NCBI GenBank assembly: GCA_016748015.1 | Contig: JAAOMT010000009.1 | Span: 266,459 to 330,458, forward strand | Reading direction: 5' to 3' | DNA: 64,000 nucleotides | Source: Geosiphon pyriformis uo1 | Taxonomy: Eukaryota > Fungi > Glomeromycota | Shown here: piece by piece, positions 13,210 to 25,715 of the stretch | Numbering within the stretch: the stretch's first letter is position 1 | How the letters are laid out: each line of letters begins with the position of its first letter | Made by a program: the position numbers and the translations under genes | Notes under the pieces: model-generated | What the model saw: the letters and a program-made list of their open reading frames with translations, nothing else | What the model was told of the DNA's origin: nothing | Databases searched by the model: none

Positions 13210-14334
13210 AAGTTCACCCCAATTAAAATCTCTTGTTACGCTAGATTCTCATACCCAAAGTCCCAATCAGAAAGATAAAAAAGCAAAAAAATATTACTTT
13301 TTAAAGTTGATCGTGGTATGTTTACAAAAGTTTTATTCAAGATGTATATTCAAGTATTAAAAAAAAGTGAAATATCATTTATCATCAATATTTGTAAGGT
13401 TTTTATTCAAACTACATTTATTTTTGGAATATTTCGTTTAGCCAAATAAATATTTTCCAAGGTATTTACTTTACAAAAAATTAATTATTATTAGAATTTT
13501 TGATCTTGTTATTTTGAATAATTGGGTTTTTTCTTTATGAAAATTTTCTTCACTGATTTAACAAATAAAATTTCTTTTTGAACTCGAAAAAGTTTATTTA
13601 CTTAATGTTGGTGCAGGAATTCTTCTCATTGGAAAAACTATAAAATCAGCCAAAATTTTTTGGTAAATCAAAGTTTAATTTTTCTATGAATGTGAAAGTG
13701 ACTAAAAAATTTTGATTAGGTCCGGGTTAACAATTTGAATTTACTCCTCTCTACCAATTAATACTACAAAGATGAAAAGCAAATAGAAATGACTTTTTCA
13801 TTTCATCCGAGTTACCGATGTTAATATCTTATTTTTATGAAACTCAATAAAGCAGTCAAAATTCCCATTCTGGATAAATCTGTTTCGATATTTTGAATAC
13901 TATATATTGGATCATCGAAATCGTGTCAAGAATGTTATCAACGCTCAAAAGAAAAAAACTTTGAAATTTATAGAAATTATAGCAGAAGAGCCTCCAAATA
14001 TTGTTGTTATATATTTTACCTTCCTGTATAAAAATTTTAACCAAATATCAAACGTTATATTCATTTTTTTATTTTTTTTATTTTAGAGAGGGAGTTATTC
14101 GGCAAATAAAAAAAAATTTTAAATAAAAACATAGGGAATCCACTTAAAAATAATTAGGCATGATATATTAAAAAAGGGTTCATTTTAAAAATTGGGACAT
14201 TTATTATTCTGCAATATGTGCAGATTATCATCTGATTCTAAAGTTAAATTGAGAGGGTCATCAGATATGATTGATTCGAAATTTAAACTCTCCCACAAGT
14301 TATACTAAATTATAAAAAAATATTCACTAAATTT

Positions 14335-15612
14335 ATGTCAAAAGAAAACCTATCAATTAAGTCAGTGAACGAAAAATTCAAAGATGCTTATCGAACAACT
14401 CCCATCAAGAAAGCACTTCAAGTTTTTCCTGTTGAAATTTGGAATGACATCATTGCCGATGTAGATATTCACACGTTGTTTGCTCTTCATTTCACATCCA
14501 CTGAGCTCCATATCATCACCCGAAACACCCTCATCGAAAAATTAATTCAAACCTCTCCACTCGATAACTTATGCATTATTTCAATAACTAAACACCCAGA
14601 AATTGTCGTCTCCGATATTCTTTATAGAATGCCAAAATATATTGATGAAGCAGTTATTAAGCAAATCGGTGATGAGCCATTGAAATGGACTGACGATGTT
14701 CGTGAATGGGAAATGTTTGATCCTAGATTGGAGAATTACAAGATTCATGAAGAGTTTCGGAAAGAGGTTGGACGAAGAGGAAAGGCAAAAAGTAAAATTC
14801 ATGCCGAATGGATGCTTCAATTTAGTAGACAGAAAAGTATTCTAAAACGTGAACTTGCTAAATGTTTTGCAGTTGCTGGAAAATTTTATCCTTTTAGGTA
14901 AAAAAAAAAAAACGTTGTGTATTGTTTATTAATTCTCAATTAAAATTCAAAAAATTTTGTTTTTTTGTAAAGTCGAGAAGAAAATCGAGAATGGAAAAAG
15001 CGCCGTCTGGAATCCGGAAAATCAAATGATCTTTGGAAGGATACCGAGAAAGGAAAAAAAAGTTCTCACTCTACCCAAAATCAAAAACGAATCAGCCCAT
15101 CGTCTGTGAAATCTTCGAAATCTTCATCTACAAAATCAGCTCTTTTGAAAGTTCCCCCTCTCAAACCATCAACTCCTCCTCAATCTCCCAAAAAAACTTT
15201 GGGAAAGAATGATTGGCAGTTTTCCCATCAAATTCGCAATACCCCCAAGCCACGCCGCCCCAATCTTGGGAAAGGTGAGGAAGAGTTTAACAAGAAAATC
15301 TTGACATCTTTTGTTACACCAGACCATTTCTTGTCCCCAGAGGATATCAATGAGGGTCAACAAACCTTGTCAATCTACGACGATGATGATGCAAGACCAC
15401 CTGCAATTAAAACCACTATAATGATGTTGGCCCTGAAAAGGTTTTCAAAGAGCAAGAAGCAACGTGTATTGAAATTTCCCAAAGAGCTTAGTGCTTATCA
15501 GCGCAAGGCTTTACATGGGCAAGCTGGTCAATTCGGATTGAAAAGTTTGAGCTTTGGGGAAGGTGATGGCAGGTTTTTGGTCGCCATGAAATATGATGTT
15601 GAGATTTTTTAG
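14335..15612 (+). CDS. F-box-like N-terminal motif plus C-terminal R3H domain protein, 2 exons (14335-14897, 14973-15612)
   Basis: A phase-2 intron gtaaaa..taaag at 14898-14972 joins both ORFs in an open frame. FPVEIWNDIIADVDIHTLFALHFTS is F-box-like. LKFPKELSAYQRKALHGQAGQFGLKSLSFGEGDGRFLV matches the R3H consensus (RxxxH, GL.S.S.GEG..R). Confidence 0.8.
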
Positions 15613-16733
15613 TCTTCTTAGTTTTCTATTCGGTTTTATTAAATAGCGAATTTTTGGGATATTTTTTAAAGTATCAAGAATTATTCTATTTGGTCATTTA
15701 AAGCTTCTAATTATAATTTATTAGAAAATCGTAGACCTTTTAATTGGTACTCAATAATATTCTTTATTATTACCTAAAAAAGGATCATAAAGGATACAAT
15801 ACTTTTTCCGCTAACCTTAATTTCTTTCATCGTTGATACACATTTTAAATGTAATATACCAGGAATGGGAGTGCACCCACTACGTAATGTTTCAAAAAGG
15901 GTACTTTCATATCAAAATGGGCGTTTCTCGAAAACTCGATTCTTCTTACATCCTTAGAGTATGTAAGATCATGCAATATGTAAACTAGAAAACATTTTTA
16001 ACCAAATCAAGTTCTCGTTGCATTTTATATTGGAATTTTAATCATTTTTATTTTCCCACCCTTTTTATCAGGTAAAAGAATGATCTTTCAGATTCCTTGT
16101 TCCTTACATTTTATTTTTATACGAGTTTAAACAAAAGTTTTTGCTCAAAAAAAATATTGATATCGAAAGAGAAACAAATTGATGTCATTCATATGATAAA
16201 CGAAACTATTTGTAATAAAGAAATATCGGTTTCAAAAAGAAACAAGATATTTTGGGCCATAGGATTGGCTTTTCCTAAATAGGTGAAAACCGAAAGGGAT
16301 TTTTTTTAATGTTTGAAATAAAATGAGGTTTTTCAATTCAGAGAGCTCATTCTACTTAAAAACATGTTCATAATCAAAGACAATTATTTTTAATAGTGAA
16401 AACACATGTGGGACTAAAACTAGATGTCTTGATAAGCTATGAGGTGGCCCCACTGGTAAAAGCCACACTAATCTTAAAGAAGCGTTCAAATTTGGATTTT
16501 GAACTTTATGATGATAAACGGTGTTGAAGTTGCAAATTTTCTTCTGTTTTTAATCTTGGGAAGTATATCGTTGAGTGACTTAAAGCTTTAGGACAAATCA
16601 CAAAGCGATATCACATCTTATTCATGGATAACATCATGAAGATGTAGTCAAAGTTATGACTTCAACTTAAAGTCGGAATCCCGGAATTAAAATGTACCAT
16701 TTGTCATGGTAGAGTTGAGCATGTAATTAAGTC

Positions 16734-17153
16734 TTAGGTCCATCGAACCCAACCAACATAGCCAGCCTCAATTTTTTCTTCGATCAATCGACTAATGAAA
16801 CGTCTAGCATCATCATTAGATATATGCTTTTGAGTTTGGACAGCTCGTTCTTTTTGTACTCCATCAGCGTCAAAATTACCGTAACGAATATGAGTTTCAA
16901 GACCTTCAATAGTAAAATCCCAAAATCTCCTGTCAGTTAAAAGGTGACCGGAACCTGATTTCGCCGCGATGACACTATTAAGCTTCTGAAGTTTTTGAGG
17001 TTGACTAGTACGATATCCGGTGAAATAGATTATTTTTGGTTCGTCGTCTTCGACGTCAGCGCCGTTAGAGTCAATGCTAATTAGGGATCTGTACGCTGGA
17101 GTGGGGTTACCAGACGGTGGATAATTTTCAATGGACACGTCTAGTGATAGCAT
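16734..17153 (-). CDS. Small WGR-domain-like protein (139 aa, single exon)
   Basis: C-terminal RFWDFTIEGLETHIRYGNFDADG...SNDDARRFISRLIEEKIEAGY matches the WGR pattern KFW.I...G.....RYG.IG..G....A...A..LI.EK...GY. Confidence 0.7.
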   Translation of the reverse strand: MLSLDVSIENYPPSGNPTPAYRSLISIDSNGADVEDDEPKIIYFTGYRTSQPQKLQKLNSVIAAKSGSGHLLTDRRFWDFTIEGLETHIRYGNFDADGVQKERAVQTQKHISNDDARRFISRLIEEKIEAGYVGWVRWT

Positions 17154-18277
17154 TTAATTTTTTTTTTGATTCTTTTGTTGATAGGGACCTTTAAAATTTT
17201 TTTGATTTTTTCACTATCGATAATGTTAGTTTGAAAATTTTAAAAGAGGTTTAAAGACGGTTCTAGTCTTAGGAGTGGAGAAACAAGAAAAAAGTTGTTT
17301 GTTTTGAAATGATGAAAGGAATTAGTGTACAAATGACCAGGAAGCTTTTATATTATGTATACCCCTTTTCGTTTTACAAACCTTAAATTCAATTGTTTAC
17401 GGACTCCAGATTTTTAGAAGAAATGAGTCAATATGAAACAGCATACATGGTTCTGTCGAGCTGATTGTTTTTTCCACAAATATTGGATCATTGAGCAGGA
17501 AATTAAAACTCATTTCCTATTCGAATCGATTTCACCTTGAAAATCGGACAGGTGACCGTTTAATAACAGAACAGGAAATCCCATGATCGATTGGTGTAAA
17601 GGAGGTAAAAACTCTAATGGGTAATTTGAAGGTTCATCATGGTTGAAAAAATGCTAGGGAATTTTCGATTTGCTTTCTGAGCCAATAAATTGAAGTCCTT
17701 TCTTCATGTGTAGGTGTTACCAAAAAGTGAGTGTACGAAATAGATATGATTATCTCGCATTATCAATAAGGGGTGATACCTAGATTTGGGCTGAGAATGG
17801 CAAAGTGAGCGGTGCGACCAACAGCTCAATACCTAAGCGTCAAATTCTTTTATGAAAAGAGATATCCCTCATAGAACATATATTGCAGTGTTCGCAGATT
17901 TGACATGTTAATGATTACATTAATTATTTAATGATATCATATACGCCAAAGTTTACGTCACATTTTTTTAATAGCATTAATTAAATGACGTTAACATCAT
18001 AAATATATGCCATGGATATGAATTTAAACCTGTTCTAATTAAGCTTATGGTTCATTCAATTTTGATTTATAACTAGTTTCTATTCTTGCTTGATAGCTTT
18101 ATAAAGGTTCTCTCTCATTGAGGCGATTGGGTGCAATCATCAAAGTTTATTAATGTTTTTGAGAAAAAAACAAAAAAAAATCAGCTTTTATTCCATTTAA
18201 ACAGACTTTATTGAAATTAGTCAATTTGCAATTAAATCGAGCGGCTCTAAAATTAAAATAAACCAATTCCATTCATT

Positions 18278-18751
18278 ATGTTGGATCAAAAAAAAAATAC
18301 AGAAACAGACGTGGAATCAAGACCGAAATATCAAAGATCGGATAATGTTTTTTATTCAATTATCCCTTTTGCCAAGAAATCACAAATTAATGATAGTTTT
18401 TTCCAATTTAAAGTTAGAAAACATAGCAGTTTCTTTAGAAAAAGTTTTTCAGAGTTTCGTAATAACAGAACAGAAACATATATAGATCAGGATGAATTTC
18501 CAATTGGTAAGTCAAATTTCTCGGGACATAATAAATTTCCCCGAATTGGTGATCAATGTGGATTCAGGGTTAGATTTTTAATTAACATATAAAATTTTTC
18601 ATCTGAATTAGGCTGTTATGATTTTGTTCGTCTTCAAATTTCGAATATTAGATCAAAGAACAAACCAGAGGATGGATCTGAGACAAATGATCAACAATCC
18701 ACAAGATTAAGATCAAAAACACGACCGCGAACTTTGTCATTGGAACATTAA
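18278..18751 (+). CDS. Hypothetical protein, 2 exons (18278-18506, 18612-18751)
   Basis: Canonical gtaagt donor at 18507 and ttag acceptor at 18611 give an open spliced frame ending RPRTLSLEH*. No recognisable domain. Confidence 0.5.
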
Positions 18752-20332
18752 AAGCGCGAATAAGTCTCTTTTTATCTATTCAAGAATATATGATGTAATC
18801 CTGTTGAGCTCGAGAAATAATATGTACTATAAATTGATTATTGCTTAAGGTTTATTATAATTTCACATGTCTATATTGTATTATTATAATTTTTTACATT
18901 TATAATTTGTTTATTTTATTACATGCATATTAAAATGGGATTAAATTGTTTTAATTTCCTTTTACGAACATAATATGTTGATCAATATTGGAAATAAACT
19001 AATTCCAAATTCATTTTAACGAAGTGATTTTGCATAATCTAGAAGGGATCGAGAGGGAGAACCAATAATCAATTATTAATACAATTAAAGGTAAAGAAAA
19101 AATGTTTGAAAAATTTTTCACAATTTAAATCGAATCTTTTGAAAAGAAGTCTTTTATTTGAAATAGATTTTTAAAGCTGTGACATAATTAAGGTAATAAA
19201 CTATTTGTAAAACGCTTAAAGAAAAAAGTTTGATAAATGGATCTTTTCAAAAAAAAACCGATAAAAGCTAAAACCAAAAAACTTTTATTTTGAAGACTAA
19301 ATTTCTGATACTTTTTCACAAGTCTGGTCTGTTTTATGTCTTAAACAATTTGAGACACAAAATCAAAAAATTTTCTATCACTTAAATTGAAACAAGTAGA
19401 GAAAGTATGTGATAAAAATCAACATTTTTTATTATTATTATTATTATTATAAATGTTTATTGATCGAGAAAAAAAGTAAATTAAACTATTAGAGTTGAAC
19501 TCAATAAATCTCTAATATTAAATAAGTCAAAGGATCGTTTTCTATTAGCGAATAATTTAATTTAATTTATTTTTTTTAAACGAAAATTCCTTAAAAATAC
19601 AACCTTTTTATCATATCAAAACACATTTTATGCTATTCATCTTGTTAAATTTATTGACATAAATAAAATATTTTCTTAAATCTTCATTTTCAATATTCAA
19701 GTTTTAAATCTCTTTAAATAATACAAAAAATCAAAGTATTTATAAAATTGATATCATTATAATAGAAGAAGCTGAAAATATTAATTTTTCCCTGGAAAGT
19801 GTAAAAAGATTATCTTGATAAAAATATTTTGGAAATTTATGATATATATTAAAATCTTTATTTACTAGTAATGAGCCACTGAAAAAACTCATAATAATAG
19901 ACAATCTTCGAGTCGAATATGAATTTTAAAGAAATTTCAGTTATGAATATCAAGATTTAATTCATTCATTTCTGTCAATTGTTCAGTAAATCAAATACTG
20001 CTCTACATATTACCAACTTATTTTTATTTAAATCACTAAATATACATGTATTCAAAATACAAAGTGTCAATTTCAAGTAGAGAGGGAAAGGGAGGGAGAG
20101 AGGGATGGATGGATGGATAGATGGATAGAGGGTAGCGAGATTAATGAACTGAAACACATATTCTGTACTATCTAGCTGAATTCCAAAATCTAATTAATGG
20201 TGGTCAAGAGAGAATAAAGAATGGAAAAAATCTATATAATGAAACGCAGTAATACCAATGAGCTAATTCAAAAAAATGAGAGCTACAAAATTTTTGGTGA
20301 TAATATGACTACGATCATCAGAGTGGTCTAAT

Positions 20333-21817
20333 TTATTGATTTTCGTTTCCGTTTGAGTTACCGTTCTCATCACCCCAGTTGAAGTTTCCACTGTCACTGC
20401 CGTTAAGGTCACCCCAATTTTTGTTACCATTGGCATTACCATTTGCGGTACCATTGTTGGCATTACCGCTGATGATACCATTCCAGCTACCGAAATTGTA
20501 GTTACCATTGAGATTACCATTTTTGTGACCATTGTTCTTGTTGCCACTCTGTGAACCATTTGAGTCACCAGTGTTACTGTTGCCACTGTAATTAGTTGAG
20601 AAGAAAAGAAACATTAATAATTGTAATATATACCAAAGGATCATATGATAAATTTATAAATGGTTTATCTGTACTTACTTCTGGTTACCATTCAGGGTAC
20701 CATTGTTTTGGTTACCACTTAATTGACCGTTCTCATGGCCAATATTGAGGTTTCCGTTGCTATTACCGTTTGAGGTACCGTTATTTTGGTTTCCATTGGT
20801 ATTACCGTTGGCGTTTCCGAGATTTACATTTCCATTCTGATTGCCATTGGCGGTACCATTGTTTGAATTACCGTTGACTTGACCATTGGCGGTACCATTG
20901 TTTGCATTACCGTTGAGTTGACCATTGGCGGTACCATTGTTAGAATTTCCGTTAAATTGTCCGTTAGCATCTCCGATATTTTGATTTCCATTGGCTTGAC
21001 CATTTTCGTGACCGATGTTGGCGTTACCATTGTATTGACCGTTAGCGGTACCGTTGTTGAGATTTCCATTCAATTGACCGTTAGAATCTCCAGCATTTGA
21101 GTTTCCGTTAAATTGCCCATTGGTGTGTCCTACATTGGCATTACCGTTGGTATTTCCGTTTGAGGTCCCGTTGTTGGCGTTTCCGTTGAAGGCACCATTT
21201 TCATCACCAAGATTTACATTACCATTTTTATTACCATTTTTGTCACCAATATTTGCGTTTCCGTTCAATTGACCGTTGGCGGTACCATTGTTGGAGTTTC
21301 CGTTAGCATTTCCGTTCAAGGTACCATTGTTGGAATTACCATTCAAACTACCATTTACATCACCAATATTGAGGTTACCATTTTCATTACCATTTTTGGT
21401 ACCATTATTGGAATTTCCATTTAAACTACCATTGGCAGAGCCCTTGTTGGAATTACCGTTAGCAACGCCGTTCAAGGTACCGTTGTTCTTGTTTCCGTTG
21501 GAATTACCGTTCAAGTTTCCAAGGTTGAAGTTACCATTGGCGATACCGTTGTAATCACCAAGATTCTTATTACCATTGTCATTGCCATTTTTGTCACCAA
21601 TATTTTTGTTACCATTACTGATGCCATTGTACGAACCGATATTGAGGTTACCATTGAAATTGCCGTTTCCATTGCCAATGTTTCCATTCCCGTTAGAAAC
21701 ACCATTGCTATTACCAGCACGACGATCTAAGGCTGGGGCAGCATTTGAGGAGTTCAAAGCAAAACCAAGGAGAGCGATTGAAGCTACAGCTGACAAGTAC
21801 ATAATTTTTCCGGCCAT
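20333..21817 (-). CDS. Secreted Asn/Gly-rich 13-residue repeat protein, 2 exons (21817-20679, 20585-20333), 463 aa
   Basis: Signal peptide MAGKIMYLSAVASIALLGFALNSSNA, dibasic DRR site, then >30 copies of NGNxNxGxxNGxx. The 93-nt intron (gtaagt..ctaat..tacag) preserves frame and repeat register. Confidence 0.92.
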
Positions 21818-22046
21818 TTTATTTGAGGTTGATTATTGTTAGGTTTAGGGGGTTTATTGAAGTTTTTTTATTGAAGGAGCCCACTAAAGAGTGAATGGGA
21901 GAGTTTTAAAAAGAGTGGAGGAAGAGGAAGGGAAAGGGAAAGAAATTGACACTTCAAGAGAAGAGAAATGGTCAGATATGTGTTTTAGGTAGGGTATTGA
22001 GAGAGAAAAGAGGAATGAAGAAATCAGGGCATCAATCTGTGCTCTC

Positions 22047-22054
22047 TATTTATA
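22047..22054 (-). promoter_or_regulatory. Candidate TATA box (TATAAATA) for the Asn/Gly repeat gene
   Basis: TATAAATA on the minus strand ~230 nt upstream of the ATG, followed by a CT-rich tract typical of fungal core promoters/5' UTRs. The motif is common in AT-rich DNA. Confidence 0.4.
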
Positions 22055-23561
22055 CTTTTCACAATCGAGAAGGTGGAAAGTAATAAAATGGTTTGGTAAA
22101 TAAATGTCGCGCAATTATTACACAAATAAATACTGGGAACCAATTGTTATGAATTCATTAACGCCTTCTTTTTAAATTTAAGACTTTGTAAAAATTTTGG
22201 TACACTCAATTCATTATTGTCTTGCATTTAAAAATGGCACAAATTTTCTGACAGTTGGATGATTTCATAAGAACAACAGGAGTTTAGGAACCAATCAATA
22301 ATGTTGAAAAATGCGAATTTTAATTATTTGTAATTACTTTTTCTTTTTAGAATAACGAAATCTCTAATATTATGTTTTCTGCGGCATTGAAATGTCATTT
22401 AAAAACTTTTAAAATTTGTTTATGAACAAAATGGTATTAAGTTTTTAATCTGCAAGACATTAAAAAATGAGGGAGTTTCGATAAATTATTACTGTTATAC
22501 AAATGCATAAATTTAATTAGACACATTAATTGTGTTCTTATCTTTTTGGGCGCTATTATGATAGTTTATTAGTTAATATATAAATCTATTTTTACATCTA
22601 TGAATCTATATTAATAATTAATCATGTCGTGTTCACCATGCGACGATTTAATCTAAATCAGTTTTTATTTCAAAAAGATTCTAACTTAAATAACTGAAAA
22701 ATTAATTAAAAGGGTTTTTTAGTCTTTTATAAATTTGTTTAGATTAGTGCCATAAAAGAATGATTATTTGATTTGACTTCAAGTTTAAAATATGAATACA
22801 TGATCTAATTTCTATTCTGCATTTGATTAATTGAATAAAAAATTTATCAAAGAACCAATTATTTGAAAAACGTGTTTGATCAACATTGAGCGATCGAATT
22901 TAATTTTTTTTAAAAGAATTAAGCTAATTAATTAGTTACTTCAAAAGATGCCGTACGAAATTAATTAATTTAAAACCTCGTTATACTGTAACTTGATCGA
23001 GTGTTACTGTATTACAATAATTTTGAAAATTATCGGATATTTTTTGATTAAGATATTTAACCTTTTTAGGTAATCCGACGAAATTTAATTCTGATGTAAA
23101 ATTTCCGAATGCCAAAAAAGTAAAAAATAATTTTTTCTTTGAATAATTCATTAAAAATTGGCTGAATCAAAAAAAAATTGTATGAGTTTCATATTAAATG
23201 GTCCATTTTGGGTATATTCATATGTGGTTCATATTATCGTGAATAAATTATTCTAAACACAATAATCTTTAAGAGTTTCTTTCTTTCTTTCTTTCTTTCT
23301 TTCTTTATTTCTTACTTTCTTGCTGTATTAGGAAGGTATATTTATTTAGTTAAAATTTTTGATTTTCTTATTTCGTTCATATGTTTCTACATGAAATTTG
23401 AAATTAAAATTAGCTCGAATAATAATTTTTATCATAAAAAATTCGAATAAATTTTTTTTTTCCCTGCGTAAAATGAGATATAAATATACATTCAGCTATA
23501 TTTGGAAAAGCTTGAGTATTTTATTACATAATTCAAATTCTATTTACTATTTTTGATAATA

Positions 23562-23563
<2 letters not shown>

Positions 23564-23643
<80 letters not shown>
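23564..23643. repeat. 80-nt poly(T) homopolymer
   Basis: Directly visible. Confidence 0.95.
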
Positions 23644-24246
23644 CTAAAAATTATGTGTTATGAAATAATAAATTTGTTAATTGGCGTTTGAAATTCAAAA
23701 ACTTTTTTTTAGCAAATAAAGGATTTATTATTTAGATAAAATTTTCTTAGTTTGGAAAAAAAGTGATGCACAAAAATACACGAATTAAAAAAAGAGTAAG
23801 ACATATAGATAGTGAAATAAATTCTTGACCCCAAAAATTTTAATTTGAGTTTTTCATATTGTTAATCAAAAAAATAAAAACCTTTCCAAGAATTCTATGA
23901 TAATTATTTTTTCTGAGAAATTATTATAATGCAAATTTTCATATATATATATATATTTTTTGACCAATTTTTAAAAACACCTGCACAATGAATTTTGACT
24001 TTAAAATATTTAGTAAAAATTTAATTTAATTTAACTAGTCAAATTGATGTTTCATTTGTATGTTTGTATTGTTCGCGAAAATCTCAAAGTTTTCAACATG
24101 CTTTAAAAGATTTTTTTTAACTCCGATTACTGTAAACTAAAAATTTAGTTGGCCCTGAATCTTTATTTCACGTTTAAAATGATAATTATTCGTTAAAATA
24201 TTATCAAAATTCGAAATACAAATAATTGCATACAAAAATATCAGTT

Positions 24247-25050
24247 TTAAATAATGAATTGTTCTTCAACAATCTTTTCTCTACCATCTTCATAAGGAAC
24301 AACAATAATAAAAGATTTGGGTTTAAACTCATGACTCTCAGATATAACTGTGACTCTCCATGTATGTCCCTTATCCTTAAACAAATTCTGTTCACGATCC
24401 ACAATTATACGATATTTTCGATAGGAGGGCAAAACTGCAATTTCGTATTCCCTATTATGATGATGATGATGATGATGATCGAGTGTAGATTTCAGATTTC
24501 CAATAGAGAAAAGTTTTTCGAAAAGTTTCAATCCTGGACTCGAATCAATGCTCACTGATGTCGAAAAGAGATCAGTGTTTTCCTCGAATTTATGATCATG
24601 ATCGTCTTTTGGTTGATCGAAAGGTACGACGATAGTATATTGCCATGGGTCTTCATCTTCGTTCCAGGGATCAATGATGACCTTGTAGGTACGACCCCAA
24701 GATTTATCGCGTTTTCGCTTACATATTATGTGATACTTTTCGTATGAAGGAATTAAAGCAATGTCATATTCTTTACGACTACGATGTTTTGATTCATCAA
24801 TATCTGAAGTCGAAGAGATTAGGTTTAGAAGTTGTTTCATTACTTTAAGAGCTGATTCATTGCTGAATGAAACATTTTTTTCGAAATCAGAAGATTTGAA
24901 AATGTCAAAAAAGTCAATTAGAGATTCTGATTCATCATTTTTGTCCATAATTTTGGGTTCACCGTCATCGAGAAATGGCGAAGCATTGGCCAAGAAAAAG
25001 GGGGCCAAAATTGAGAAAATAATTAAGGTGAAAAAGTATTTATTGAGCAT
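24247..25050 (-). CDS. Secreted protein with two tandem copies of an unrecognised domain and a His7 tract
   Basis: Signal peptide MLNKYFFTLIIFSILAPFFLANA. Internal duplication KEYDIALIPSYEKYHII..GRTYKVII..YTIVVPFD versus REYEIAVLPSYRKYRII..GHTWRVTV..FIIVVPYE. Single exon; ATG at 25050. Confidence 0.85.
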   Translation of the reverse strand: MLNKYFFTLIIFSILAPFFLANASPFLDDGEPKIMDKNDESESLIDFFDIFKSSDFEKNVSFSNESALKVMKQLLNLISSTSDIDESKHRSRKEYDIALIPSYEKYHIICKRKRDKSWGRTYKVIIDPWNEDEDPWQYTIVVPFDQPKDDHDHKFEENTDLFSTSVSIDSSPGLKLFEKLFSIGNLKSTLDHHHHHHHNREYEIAVLPSYRKYRIIVDREQNLFKDKGHTWRVTVISESHEFKPKSFIIVVPYEDGREKIVEEQFII

Positions 25051-25715
25051 TTCTTCCAATTTAATCAAAGAAGGTTGAGAAGTATTAAATTCTTGAATAA
25101 ACAGTTCTTGGCTACTATTTCATTATAGAGTCTTGGAAAAGTCAACTCATTTTTATATATATTTTTTTTTTGAAGGAAACTCAAACCTCGTTAGAGGAAT
25201 CAAATCACCATCTTGGCAAATTCACAAGCTTGATTGATTGATCAATTTAAAACAACCTAAGGTATCAAAAGAATCAAGTTAATTATTCTAATTAAAATTA
25301 AAGTTGACAATTTCTCAAAAGCGATCCATATGGTAAGCTATGCGTATTGTGCAGGTGATAAGAAGATAAAAATTAGCGATGGTAGGAGCTTTACTTGAAT
25401 TCATGACCGCTGAACTTACTCATCGGAAAGCCTGGCTTTTAATTCATTTTTGCAGATTCTTTACTTGATTTACTATGTGAAGTAATTTTAAGAGTTTCTA
25501 AAGTCTTTGATAGATTCATGTGATACTGTATTTGAAGTTTGCAGCTTAAAGACTTAACTTCTGTGTAGCTGCAAATTAAATTTCGCCAAATTAAAGATTT
25601 AGCGACATTTCGGTGCGTCAACATTAAATTAAATTTAGAATAATAATATCCTAATACAGCTCTAATTTATTTTAATACAAGATTTTAATATGAGGTGGCT
25701 ATATTTCAAAGTTTC

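Noticed and set aside
20263-21842. Several overlapping ORFs (MVT/PLL-rich) and a CRISPR-like periodicity
   Set aside because: These are alternative-frame and antisense shadows of the 39-nt coding repeat. There is no constant repeat with unique spacers and no cas genes.
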